Made by a program: the position numbers and the translations under genes. From Pavona decussata (lineage: Eukaryota): DNA of 64,000 nucleotides. The stretch covers positions 2,480,001 through 2,544,000 of the forward strand of contig CDRNST010000188.1 in NCBI GenBank assembly GCA_977016875.1, given 5' to 3'. The stretch's first letter is position 1, and every line of letters starts with the position of its first letter. The notes beneath the pieces were generated by a model. The model ran no database searches and was not told where the DNA came from. It saw only the letters and a list, made by a program, of their open reading frames with translations. This document shows positions 1-11,977 of this stretch, one piece after another.

Positions 1-2083
1 AACATGATTTGATATTTATTCCAAACAACTATTGAAACACTGTACACTTGATTGAAAATAATGAAAAGCAAGACGAGGCATGCATTTTCAGACAGTCCTT
101 ACAAAAGAGGCGCGTTCTTAACTGTTATTGCAAACTTTTTCGTGTTAAACAATCAAACACAAGACAAAAAATAAATCAGTTTACCACTCAGAATGATTTT
201 ACGCAACCAGTAAAATAGAGTATGCAGTCTTACTCTTTGCAGCGGTTGTAATGATGCCCAAGTCTCATTCAAGGAACTGTCTGTTTTCTAATTTGGAGGG
301 CTCGTCCAATTTGGCAGCAGTCCGATTTTTTCCCGTAAACTAGCGTATATTACAGTTGTGTGCATAGTAATCGGAGGCAAGATTCCTTAAGCCCATCTGA
401 GCTAAGACGCATACTAGTGTTGTTTCTATGTTCCTTAACAATAGAGTATTGTCAATAAACAATACTTAAAATACGCTTTCAGTTGAGAGGGTTTGGCCCC
501 TGAAGATATATTCGCGAATCCCTCCTAAGTTCAGATGCATCCCAAGCAAGCGTTTTTTAACAATAGTCAATGTTAGTGTAATAATAGCGTATTGTCGAAA
601 AACAATACTTAGGATTCATCTTATCCTAGGTGGGCCTCGTGTATCCGGCACCTGCTGGTCTGTGATTTGAAGCAAGACTGGGCTTGATATGTTCATACAA
701 ACTTCAACTGGTGCTTTACAAATGTAAACGCAAACTAGGTAGCATGATCTTTCATGGTGAAAAGCAGTAAGGTTTGTATTTAAAAAACTCAAAGTAAACT
801 CCAGCCTCTCTGTCACTGAAAGACCAGGGGTCAGATTTACTGAGCTCTCCTTAGATAAGATGAGTCTTAGCATTGTTCCCTAACAATAACCTATTGTTAT
901 GCCAACAATAGACTATTGTTAAAAAAAAATGCTATGAAATGAGCTGTTAACTATTCTCTTCGGAAAATAATTCCCGTTTTTGGAAAGTGCTATATTACAG
1001 TCCTTTTTGTTCAAAAATGCATAAATTACCATATTTCTATTCTTCGTTTCTAAAGAACGAACATGGTGATCCCTTCTTTTTATTTCAATTTCGGAGCAAA
1101 CATATTAAGATTAGTAACTTGACGAAATATGAACAAAATTTTATATTGGCTTTTATTTCAACGGAATGTCCTTAAGGATCAATGCTTAGGACTTCTTCTC
1201 TTAAGGGGCTTCATGAATAAGCCCCAAGGTCACTGAGTACACAACTGTTAAATGTGCTGTTATTTTCAAACTCAACAGACCCAGTAACTAGGAGTAAACT
1301 ATCATAAAAATAAGGAAAAGAAAAGAAAAAGCCTTTGTATATTTGAAACATCTGAAAGAAGGCCTCAGGGTATTTACGTCTTTTTTGAACGGTGAACCGA
1401 AATTGCTGATTCAAGGGAGTTTTAACTTCGGAGGGATGGAGGGAAAGTGGGGGATAATTTCAAATGCCTTGTCTTAATTAGTACGTATACAATGGCCTAC
1501 TGAAATATCAATAGCTATTACATTTTGTTTCATGGGTTAAATAAAATCAGGCTATTACAAGAGCAGTAAAATGCTGTCAATTTTCATTTAACAGAGTAAT
1601 TAATAACTTTTGAGTTAGGCAGGTTAACGAAAATATATTGACTCTACTGGAAAGCGCAGCTCAGTTGAAACAAGCAAAATGGTCGAGTTTGAGAGCCTGG
1701 TCTTAAAAAAGATAAAGTTCTGCTAAAATGAAAATTTTACGGACATTTGTCACGGATACGGGTCATGGAATGTTCGCTGGGCTCATTACAAACGCCTGTA
1801 TAAAATCTCCTGAAATTACGACCCAGCAGCAATCAAGACAAGACTCTCAAACTAGGCCTCCTTTTAGCTAATTTTAAGGTGCTCTTTCTGGCAGCGTAAA
1901 TGAATTTTTGTTAACTTACTTACATCAAAATTTAAAATTGCCACGACAAAGGTCTATACGACCACCGTCTGTCATAAAAACTATTGTAAATATAAAAACC
2001 GTCGATTAAAAATACAGGAAACAGAAAAAGACGGTCTCTTACGTTAATAAAATTCTTGATAGGGACGAATAAACACTGTTCGT

Positions 2084-2349
2084 CTAAAGATTTTGCGCTT
2101 CTGAATGAGTTGCTAAGCCTTCCCGTACCTCTATGGCTTTCATTTCTTCATGGTCTGGACGCAGAAGAAAAGAGATTCGTTGCCATACGGAACTCCCAGG
2201 GGTCTTAATGAACTTGTAAATTGCCACGCCTGGGATCCACAGCATGGAGGCCAAAGCAAGAACCCAGCCACAGAACTCCGCCCAGTTGGGGTACTTGTAT
2301 TTACCATAGGAGACGCCAGCCCACTGGATAACGCTGAATAAAAATACCC
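2084..2349 (-). CDS. SLC6 transporter coding exon 5 (TM12 and C-tail, TAG stop)
   Basis: TTCCAG acceptor; [12 protein letters not shown] motif; stop at 2084-2086. Confidence 0.94.
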
Positions 2350-5300
2350 CTGGAAACAAACAAGACGAAAGTGCGATTTGTTTAACAATGTGGAAACGAT
2401 TTAATTTTCGACGTGTACCATTCGAAAGTTACTAAAAAATATTTCATTGAGTTACATAAACGACTAAAACATTATGTCAAGTGGTGAGGGTGCAGGGCCC
2501 AGCAGCGTAAGCATTGAGCAGCCAATAAGTTTCACTTCTTCATCTTTCACAAAATTTTGAAAATCCTTTGTTTGGTTTTAATATGAAGGTTTGACTTTAA
2601 CATATGCGTCACGTAACATAATTTGAACTTAACTTCGAACTGGTCTCGCGCCCCGAGAATGTGAAATCATTTTGTCAGACAAACCTTGTGTGTTAGTTTT
2701 GCTGTTGTTGTTGCTGAGGTCTTGTACAATTAATTCCATTTACTTACCTAAAATAACAAGGGGAGTAAGGAATTTCCATGCAATTGGCCACCAACGCCAA
2801 ATCTTGTACCCAATCATCGTCTCTATGTCTTTCGCAAAACGATTGGCTCCATAGCCCCAAGCAACTGTGATGACCTCAAACAAGGCCAAGAACAAAAGCG
2901 ACACTCCACCAGACTGATAGTTGTACAGATTGAGAATGTACATTCCACCCTGAAGAAAAGGAATAGTTCACTTAGCGCAAGCCGTAGGGTTTTAGACTTC
3001 CATGTCAAATGGAAAGTTTGTACGGACTTGGAAATTGTAGAATTTCATTGCCCCTGCAAACCTAAGGAGGCATACATCCTTGTAACTCGCGCGTAAAAGT
3101 ACTTAAAGTTGAAATGTACAGTTCGGATACCAGATGATATCTCAACTTTGCCTGAACACTGAACAGAGGGTACACAGAAAAAATGGGTTGTGATGGCGTA
3201 AAGGTAAGTAAATGCCCGAACAGAATACATGGGTAATGATGACTTAGCAACCTCAGGGGATAATCAACAAATACCCATGAGGGGGGGGGGGGGGGGGGTC
3301 CGAGCTATAAGACTGTAATATAAGCGAAGATCAATTTTCTGCTGGCCATTTTGCGCCCCGAAAACGTCGAGTGAAACGACGGAATTCAGAAAGTTTAAAG
3401 CGGATATCGGAATTCTTCGCACATCAGATCGCAGACGAGTGATTTGTAGCAGATTAGTCTTTGGGTATGTTCATACTTGGTTGCCGAGTACGATGCCCGA
3501 GTACGATTCTCGCTGGGCGCTAATGTACAAGTACGAGTACAATGTCGAGACCTTGTATTCCACCACTGAAATAGGCAACGGTTCCCTGTGTGGACGAGTT
3601 TGTATTTTGTGCCCGGTGCTCGGGCACGAAGTATGAACACAACCTAACAACGGGGGCAATTTTAGTGTAAACTATTTCTAGTTGTAGCATACTGTGGCAG
3701 TTCAAATGAGAGTTAATTTTTAAGCAGTAGTTTCCTGTGATGTTATTCATTTTGAGTCTGCGGAAGAAAAAGTTGAAGTAAAAGCTGTTGAGAAGTACTT
3801 TCCTGTGCTCTTGATTATCCTGTACAAGTCGGTTCTAACTTCCCTGTGTAGAAGAAATCCTAAAGTGTGACAACTCAAATGAAAGCTGCTTTTTGGCAAG
3901 TAAGCACTTTGGCACTCTTTTAAGGAAAGAGGATGTGGTTACTCAGAGCTCCTACCTGCGTGACCATTGGAATCCCTAGCAAAAAGCAAAGGAAGCACAG
4001 AAATGCGATGAACAGTTCTTTACGTCGTTTCAGCAGCCGCGGATACTCGTCCACCAGACCTGTCACCACCGCTTCAAACATAGCAAACTGGGTGTCCAGA
4101 CCTAGCGTCAACAACATGAAGAAGAACATAACCGCCCAGAATGGAGAGATGGGCATCTGAGCGATTCCTTCTGGGTACACCACGAAGGCGAGGCCCGGAC
4201 CGGAAGTGGCAACTTCTGAGACTTCTTTACCGGAAACGTGTGCCATGAAGCCGAGCACGCTGAAGATGACAAAGCCTGCAAACACGCTGGTGCTGCAGTT
4301 TATGATTGATACTATCATGGCATCTCTAAACAACAACAAAATAAACAAACCGATCAGTTTTTCGGATGGTCACAAGGTGAAGTTCTTAGTTTATCATGTT
4401 GATGTGGTCGGCAGTTCTCGAGTTACTATTTCTCTTCAAACTAATATTTCTCTAGGAATATTTGTCTAACACAAAGTTTGCTCATACCCGAAAATCATAT
4501 TCAAATTAAGCTCCGTGATATTTGATTTCTCATTCTGACTTCATCCTGACTGTAACAATCAAAACTGGAGTAGTCTCTTTACAAAAGGTTTCACTGAACT
4601 TTGTTATTTTGTTCACTACGTTTTTACGGACATGTTTGAAGGATTCGTTTGACCACAGACAGCTACAGGCGTGGATATCGACATAATAAGTGACATCAAA
4701 TACTGAATTTCTTTACAGTTCTTGGTAGATAGGAAAACGCTAGACACATCTTATCGCTGTTTTGGTATTGTTTGTTCGCTTTTCCGTTGGATTTCGCGCC
4801 GATTTTCAACTTTATTAAATGTACCCGCTTAAGAAGGATACTAGAATGGAGTTCAAAGGCCGCCTTTAGTTGAACGTGAAACTGAACAAAGAACGCTGGA
4901 GAGCAACCGTGTACCCCAATAAGAAATCGCCCCGATGATAAGTTTCCCAATTTACTATAGTTTGGTACCAGCCTTACTTGAAGCAGTTGTTGTGAAACTT
5001 GTTGAAGCTGCCCATTGTAATAAGCGAGCCAAATCCAATCCCGAGGGAATAAAAGATCTGCGTGGCTGCCGCCGCCCAGACCCTGGCATCAGCAAGCTTC
5101 CTCCAGTCGGGCTTTAGGTAGAACTCGATACCCTTAGACGCACCAGGTAGTGTGACCCCACGGATAAGTAAAATGACGAGCACAACATACGGGAAGGTGG
5201 CAGTAAAATAGACAACCTTCCCAGATGACTTGATGCCTTTCCACAGACAAAAGTACACCAGGATCCAGGCTACTACGAGCGCTACGAACAGCTCGACCCG

Positions 5301-8300
5301 GACGGAACCAACGTCTTCCATGGTATCTGAGATTTGAAGGACATAGTTCTCCCAGAATTCTTTGCTGGGAGAATTGCCGCCAACTGCCGCTGCGGCAGGC
5401 GCCAGTGTGTTTGGCGCTACAGTGCCGTTAACGGTAATGTTGACGGTATTGTTGACGCAGGAAATCAGCGGTGTGGTATTGTTGACGATAGTCACGTTTC
5501 CGAAAGTCACGTTTCCAATGGTGAGGTTTCCAAGAGTCGGAGCAACAGTTGGGGCCATAGTTGGAATGGTTTGATTTATACAGTCGGTAGAATTCATGAG
5601 CACAGTTCTGTTGGTCGGTGTAGCGCCATTATTTGTTACAGCACTAGTGGATTTCCTTGAGAGTGTGCAGTTAGGTGTGTTCCACCAGTTGTTGCAGTTT
5701 GCCCAAGGAACGACTTTTGCAAACGATTTGAACATGTAGTACAAACACCAGGAGATGATGACGTTGTAGTACACACAGCAGAGGAATGAAACGACCAGCA
5801 TGGAAAAACCAACACCTTAAAAACAAAACAAGAACTACAGCTGAAGATCGATAACAGACATATTATTGACATGACATGGCATTTCATTGTTTAAATGACT
5901 CTATGTTGCCTAGGCAACGACATTTTGAGCGACATGTTTATGAAAAATTTTTGTAAGTGTTTCTTTGTATATCAGTTCATTTTTGTACCATTCTAGCGTT
6001 TTCTTGTTATTCTTGTTTACTTTTAGGTGAATTCTGAAGAGTTTTTCTGAGGCCATCCCACTTTGCGAACCTCAAAGCAGACAATCTTGAAGGTAGCTTA
6101 TACCCCCGAATGTCCAATGTTTAAAACCCAATTCGATCAGTTATCTTTTAAATTTGCTCCATTAATAAAAACAGAAACTATTTGTGACCCCAATGCGTAA
6201 TTCCCAAGGGAAACACCAAAACATTTCGACGTGATGACGTGATGAACTGATCAAACTTGGCTCGTTGCATCTGATTTGATTAGATAAATTGGAAATTAAT
6301 AAAACGCACAACCAAACTACCCAGCGACTGCGTCATCAGATCTTTAACTCCAACACCGGCAGGACTGCAATTATAATTCATCGTGTGTTTCTCTCAGTCA
6401 CCATTGGTCCAAAACAAACACGTGGGATAAGATTACCACAAATAAATTGCCCGGGGCATTTCAAGATTGCACTGTCTGGGGATTCACAGCTTAGCGGCTC
6501 TTGGCAATCTTGCGAGAAAATATTTGTAACCTTCTCCATTTGCCTTCAATCAACATGTATAGAGAAGTTTGTCGTTGGACACCATCAGCTCCTCAAAGTT
6601 CACTGAGGATTGTTTTCGAATTTACCGTAAATTTAGAAGGCAAAGAGATATACTTATCTGATTTGCCCATACGATAATGTTCCACGGCAAACGGAATTTC
6701 TTGAAAGTTATTCAGAGTTCCGACTCAGACCTTTCGCCAATTTTGATTCTTGCCTGGTCGCACAGTTCGCTTACGAAGTTGAACACACTGATATGTTTAC
6801 ATCATGCTCGGATAAAACATTTTATTCTCGAAAGATCATGACCGATGGTTTCTTTTTTCATTTGCTAATGCCAAGCAAATAAGCGCAGCTAAAAGTAAAC
6901 GATAGGATTCGTCCTATATCCTTTTCTCTGTATTAAATAGCAACACTGTTCAATTTAAATACGATATTATTACCACCCATACGAGTACAAACTTTTGTTC
7001 ATTATATTTTAGCGAAGTAAAAATTCATTAAACAACTCTCGTAGTGGAAAAGTGTAGAACTAGTAAATTTCCAACAAAGGCTTAAAGGGCTCCAGCATGA
7101 ACTGTATTGAAGAAACGGTTTGGAAACTGCAGTTCCTTCTGTGAACATGATCTTTGTGGAGCACGGGTAATGCTATCAACGAAGTGCAATTTTGTCCAAT
7201 TTTCTCAAGTTAGCAAAAAACCGCACTTGACAAGGAAAGAATTGAGCGAGAACCACAAATGTCTTCCCTCGTTTTGTCTGATTTTTTTATGTCACGACTT
7301 GAAGAATAAGAAAAAATATTTGTTAATAAGCCGTAAACTAATCCTTAGTTCTCTTGAATTAAATTGTACTAAATACGCGTAGTATTTACGATTCAAGCTC
7401 TTAGAGCTAGCGACCCAACGGTGTACGTTTTATGCAAAACTTTTATCTAAATTCAAATTTCGAAAAGCAAAACCATTAAAGTGTCATTTTTGACCGATAG
7501 CTAATGAAGTACATAGATTACAAATTATATTTGAAATATTCGAGAAACTACTGTGGTCTAACGAAGTGCCCTATATCCTGAATAGAACTGAGCACAAGAT
7601 TTGTTTAGCTAGCTTAGCATTTGAGATCTAAGGCATCCAGTTAAGAATGTATATTAAACATTTTGACCGGTTACACCCCTCCACTAAACATAAGCGGGCG
7701 GAACGAAGCGTTTTCATAGTAAAACAACGTCCGTTTTTTTTACGATTTCACGCTAAGAGAGTAGAGTATGTTTAAACCACATAATATTTTGTTTTTTATC
7801 AGCAGCCTTTGTCTAGACTGCATTATTTTACATTGTGGTACGTGTGGATATTTAACGTACATTAAGTCCTTCTTGGTAATTTGCACTGAGAACTTTCCCC
7901 TGTGAATATGTAATTTCTTGAGCGTCTGCAAATAATTTTTATGGCCTAACCAGATGTCCTTATAAGGTACTTTCAATATTAAGATAAACATCGGATTAAT
8001 ATTCCTACGTCGAAGCACGCTTCGTTATCGTTTTTCAAATGCCAAAACAAAGTAGGCTGATTTCACAAATAACGCTCACTGGGCATGAATCGAGTGAAAA
8101 ATAAACGGTATTTTAAGACGCGCGAATTCACTAAGCAATGCGATTGAAACTGAATGATGATTATTGTCTAATCTTTGCTCAAATCAACTACAAAAAACAA
8201 AACAAAGCAAAGAAGAGATGTTCAAAGGAGAAGACTCGATCTGTCTTGAGCAAATAACAAATTAGACTTTATGAATTAGCTTCACATTCTAGTGCTAGAA

Positions 8301-9269
8301 TGGTTCATGTCGCGCAGCAAATAAATTTTCACTTGTTTGGGAGAAAAATATGCAACAATGTGTAAATTGTTATGAATATTGCATGCTCTGCGCGAGCAAA
8401 ACTGTAACAGTATTCCTATTCATAAATTAATAATGTTCTACACACTAGTTTCTTCACAAAGGGTTTCGTGTATGTTCTTTTCCTTAAAAAGGGGAATTTT
8501 TACACAACTTATCGCTTCTTCCGAAGACTCACCGCAATAAGGGGAATTAATTTACCTTCCTTAAGTAGAAGAACATCCATCTTAACAAACACAGAGGAAA
8601 ACAATTCATTTCTAAATTTTGCGGTATAATTGAATATTATTAAACATTTCGATTCATCATTGAACTGCACTCGAGGAAATTCTTAGCGAACGGGATTCAG
8701 AGAAACTTCCCCATAAAACTCGTCCAAAATCTCAAAATTGATAAAAAAAAAAGACCCAAACATTTTGATAGAACACATATTGCAATGAGATTCCCACAGT
8801 GATAATTGTAGACTACCTGCGATTGCCGTGAGCTTTATTTAGTTTTTTGTACCGAACAACACGAAAGCGAAGTTTGTGTACATTAACTTTCGTCTACGAG
8901 GACATGGTAAAATAGCATACCTTTAGCCAACGGGCAAATCGCGGCCCAAGATGTGACAGGTCCTAAACTTACGAATTGTCCTAAGGCAAGTTCCATGAAG
9001 AACAAAGGCATTCCACACAGGAACAGCATACACACGTAAGGGATGAGAAACGCGCCACCGCCGTTCTCGAAACACAAGTAAGGAAATCGCCACACGTTGC
9101 CCAAGCCCACGGCGTAACCAATACACGCCAGAAAGAACTCGACTTTCTTGCCCCATTTTTCGCGTTCTTCTGTATTGATTTCTACCTCTACTTTATAGTC
9201 GTCTTCTTCTGGCGGCACTTCTCCATCCGCGGAACCATTTAGAGCTACTTTCTTCTCGTCCAGCTCCAT
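2084..9269 (-). CDS. SLC6 (neurotransmitter:sodium symporter) Na+/Cl- dependent amino-acid transporter, GlyT/proline-transporter-like; 5 coding exons, 674 aa
   Basis: Manual splice model complement(join(2084..2349,2748..2949,3956..4325,4978..5815,8921..9269)) = 2025 nt, in frame, all GT-AG. Motifs: [94 protein letters not shown]1 has Gly (GLGN) where monoamine transporters have Asp, indicating an amino-acid substrate class. Confidence 0.96.
2748..2949 (-). CDS. SLC6 transporter coding exon 4 (GGMYILNL...TPLVIL)
   Basis: TTCAG acceptor, G|GTAAGT donor. Confidence 0.95.
3956..4325 (-). CDS. SLC6 transporter coding exon 3 (DAMIVS...PMVTQ)
   Basis: TTTAG acceptor, CAG|GTAGG donor; TM7-TM9 motifs. 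Confidence 0.95.
4978..5815 (-). CDS. SLC6 transporter coding exon 2 (TM3, expanded EL2, TM4-TM6)
   Basis: TTAAG|GT acceptor, AA|GTAAGG donor; [10 protein letters not shown]...HNNCF. Confidence 0.95.
8921..9269 (-). CDS. SLC6 transporter coding exon 1 (MELDEKK...ICPLAK)
   Basis: ATG at 9269; donor G|GTATG at 8920; acceptor TTTTGCTAG just upstream (exon starts 9278), implying an upstream 5'UTR exon. Confidence 0.95.
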
Positions 9270-11648
9270 GCCTTCCTTCTAGCAAAACAAGAACATAAAT
9301 TGTGCGTTTAATCAAACCAACCCAACGACGCTGAAAATGCGTGCTGTAACGGGTTTTTTAAACGAGAACACAACACCCAGCCGTGAGCTAACTAGCGCTG
9401 CTTTTCTTTCGCCATGAATATTTACCCTTATTTTTAGTCGTGTTAGATTGGTCAAAGGCCAACGCGCGTAATCAGAACTCTTGTATTTGGCTCCTTATAA
9501 AGAAACAGTTAAAACTCGCGCCCCCATTGGCCCCAATCCAAGCCATTATCTTCACCCTAACTGTTAGTTTATTTTGATAAAGGGGCTCGTAAATTTAGAT
9601 TATTAACGGTTAGCGCCAGGTGTTCTCAGACACGCGCACGGGAAACAAATTTCTTATCACGTTATAAGATATTTTGCAATATTTTGACCAGTGAAATACA
9701 TTCTAACTCGATGACGAGGAAGATATTTGCTAAACTTCGGTCTTCTCTGGAAATACGACGCACGCCTGACAAACCTTTGTTGATAACCCCACCGAGAAGT
9801 TCTCGGTGGTTTTGTTTTGTTTCGCGACATTTTTTCACAACTAATGAGTCCACAAAATGAAAAATACCAATATGGCGCTCAAGGAGGTAATTCTAATTTC
9901 ATTGTATAAGCAATAAATTTCGCCGTTAGTCTACAACAAATAGCTATTTTTGCAGCGAGCTGTATCGAAAAAATTTATGAATTTCGAGCAACTACTTGAC
10001 AGTATCTTCAAGGTTTCAGTCTTTGTTAAATTCCGATATAATTACGTTAAAAATAAAAGATAATCATCTTACATGGTTCAAACAATACGATTTCATCCGC
10101 CTACTTCAAAAAATACTCTTTTCATACGTCTAAGAATATCTTAAAAAACACAAAACATTTACGCACATGTGTAAAGTTCAAAATCTGTGGAACACGGTAT
10201 TTAACATCAATAAACAGTTCTACACGTTGGTTTAAGATTTATCATGTTCTTTAATAAACTAACAAGTTTGCAAATGCTCTCAGCAAGTGGTCCGGAGGAG
10301 GATGGTTTCAGAAAATGAAAATGAAAAAAAAAAAAAAAAAAAACGACAAAGTTTCGTTTTTAAGCACTCTGGCAAAATGTAAACTACTTGCAAGTGGGTT
10401 GGAATTAAATGTCATTTTCTAAGAGATGTTAATGAAATGCACTCCAGTGTCTGTGCATTCTCGAACATTTAATCAGAGTGGCCACTGAGTGGCTCTAAAG
10501 ATGAACTTTTTGAAAGCCTGAAAATTTTATTACCAAATGAGAAAATAAAATCTTTACAGGGATTCAGCGATTCCAGGCGTCTCCAAACAATCAAAACATT
10601 AACCGCGCTTGTACAATAGCGCTCTACTCTTAGACACTGCTCACAAAACAGAAAAAAATGTAGTGTTGAAAAAATATCTTGGTGAAAATAGGCAGCTTGG
10701 GCGCGTAACTGAACCTTGATACACAAAGGTTTACCTACCAGCTCATTAACGTATGTACAAGATTTTTAACAGGTAAACGCCTGAGTACTACGATCTTTTC
10801 GCGGATTCTCCAAATGAAATGACACATTGAAGCTTTAGTTTGACAGGAGAAAATTAAATTTGACGAGTAAGAGGACCATTTATCAGTAAGTAAGCGGCTT
10901 TCGTTCAATTAGATATTAAATGAGGGCGAAAACGAAGATTAAGTTAGGCCGGCGGTAAGTATTCTGTTAATTGGATACAGAAGTACCCCGACAGCAGAGC
11001 TCCCTTGGGGCCGGTGGGCGAACAATATTTTGAGACATTCCAATTAATCACCGTCAGTTCCTCCAAACTTTGTGTAGCCATGGACAATGCTTCGAGAAAG
11101 TTGGTCTTCCTGGCCAAGATTACTTCAAAGCTCCAGTTTTCGAGACAATCTACTCCTATTCATGACTTGCAGTTTGCTCTTAAAGAAACAAGCCCTTTTT
11201 TTCTGGCTACAGGTCTGGGCTTCATCTACCAACCGAAAAGTTAGAGACCCTTAATCGACACGTTAGAAGTTAACCCACAGACTTGAAAGTCAGAATCATT
11301 TTATACTGTTAATGAGCATGGTAACCACAGAAGGCCAGTGACGTAGGACCTCTATAGACAAGGCAAATTGTTATCGATGAGTGTTTTCAATCGACAACTT
11401 AATTGAATCCACAAGTACCAGTGTTCAGAAAATGCGTTTCCACACACGAAAAGTTAAATTTTCAATAACCTGTATGTTTTAAGGGAACCTCGAAACCTGC
11501 TTCTAATGCGCATGTGTACATCGTGAAGAAAATGGCTAAATAGACTTTAGTAATACTCACAGACGGGAGAATTTGGGTTGTCGATAACAAACCTGCCGCG
11601 TTTGTTATCGACAACTAGAGTAGTTTTTCCTTTTGAAAAGGAAAACTA

Positions 11649-11977
11649 CAGTCAACTCCCTTTATTGCGGACACCTTCGGGACCGCGAATTAGTGCCCCT
11701 AATAGTCCGTGATACAGTCAACTCTCACTTACGGACGCCTCGCTGTTACGGATACCCCGATAATACGGACAGCAGCTAAATCCCCGACAAAAATAAATTA
11801 CAGACGTTTGACTGAAATAAATTCCCGCTTTTAAGCACTAACTCGCGGTCCCGAGGGTGTCCGCAATATTAATTTTTATATATTTCTATTTATTTCAGCA
11901 AACGTCGGTAATATATTTTGCCAGGGATTTAGCTGCTGTCCGTATCATCGGGGTGTTCGCAAGGCGGGAGTTGACTG
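11649..11977. mobile_element. Tc1/mariner-pogo-type MITE with a second related copy nested inside
   Basis: TA|CAGTCAACTCCC ... GGGAGTTGACTG|TA. A second TA|CAGTCAACTC start at about 11715 carries internal sequence inverted relative to the outer copy. Confidence 0.85.
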
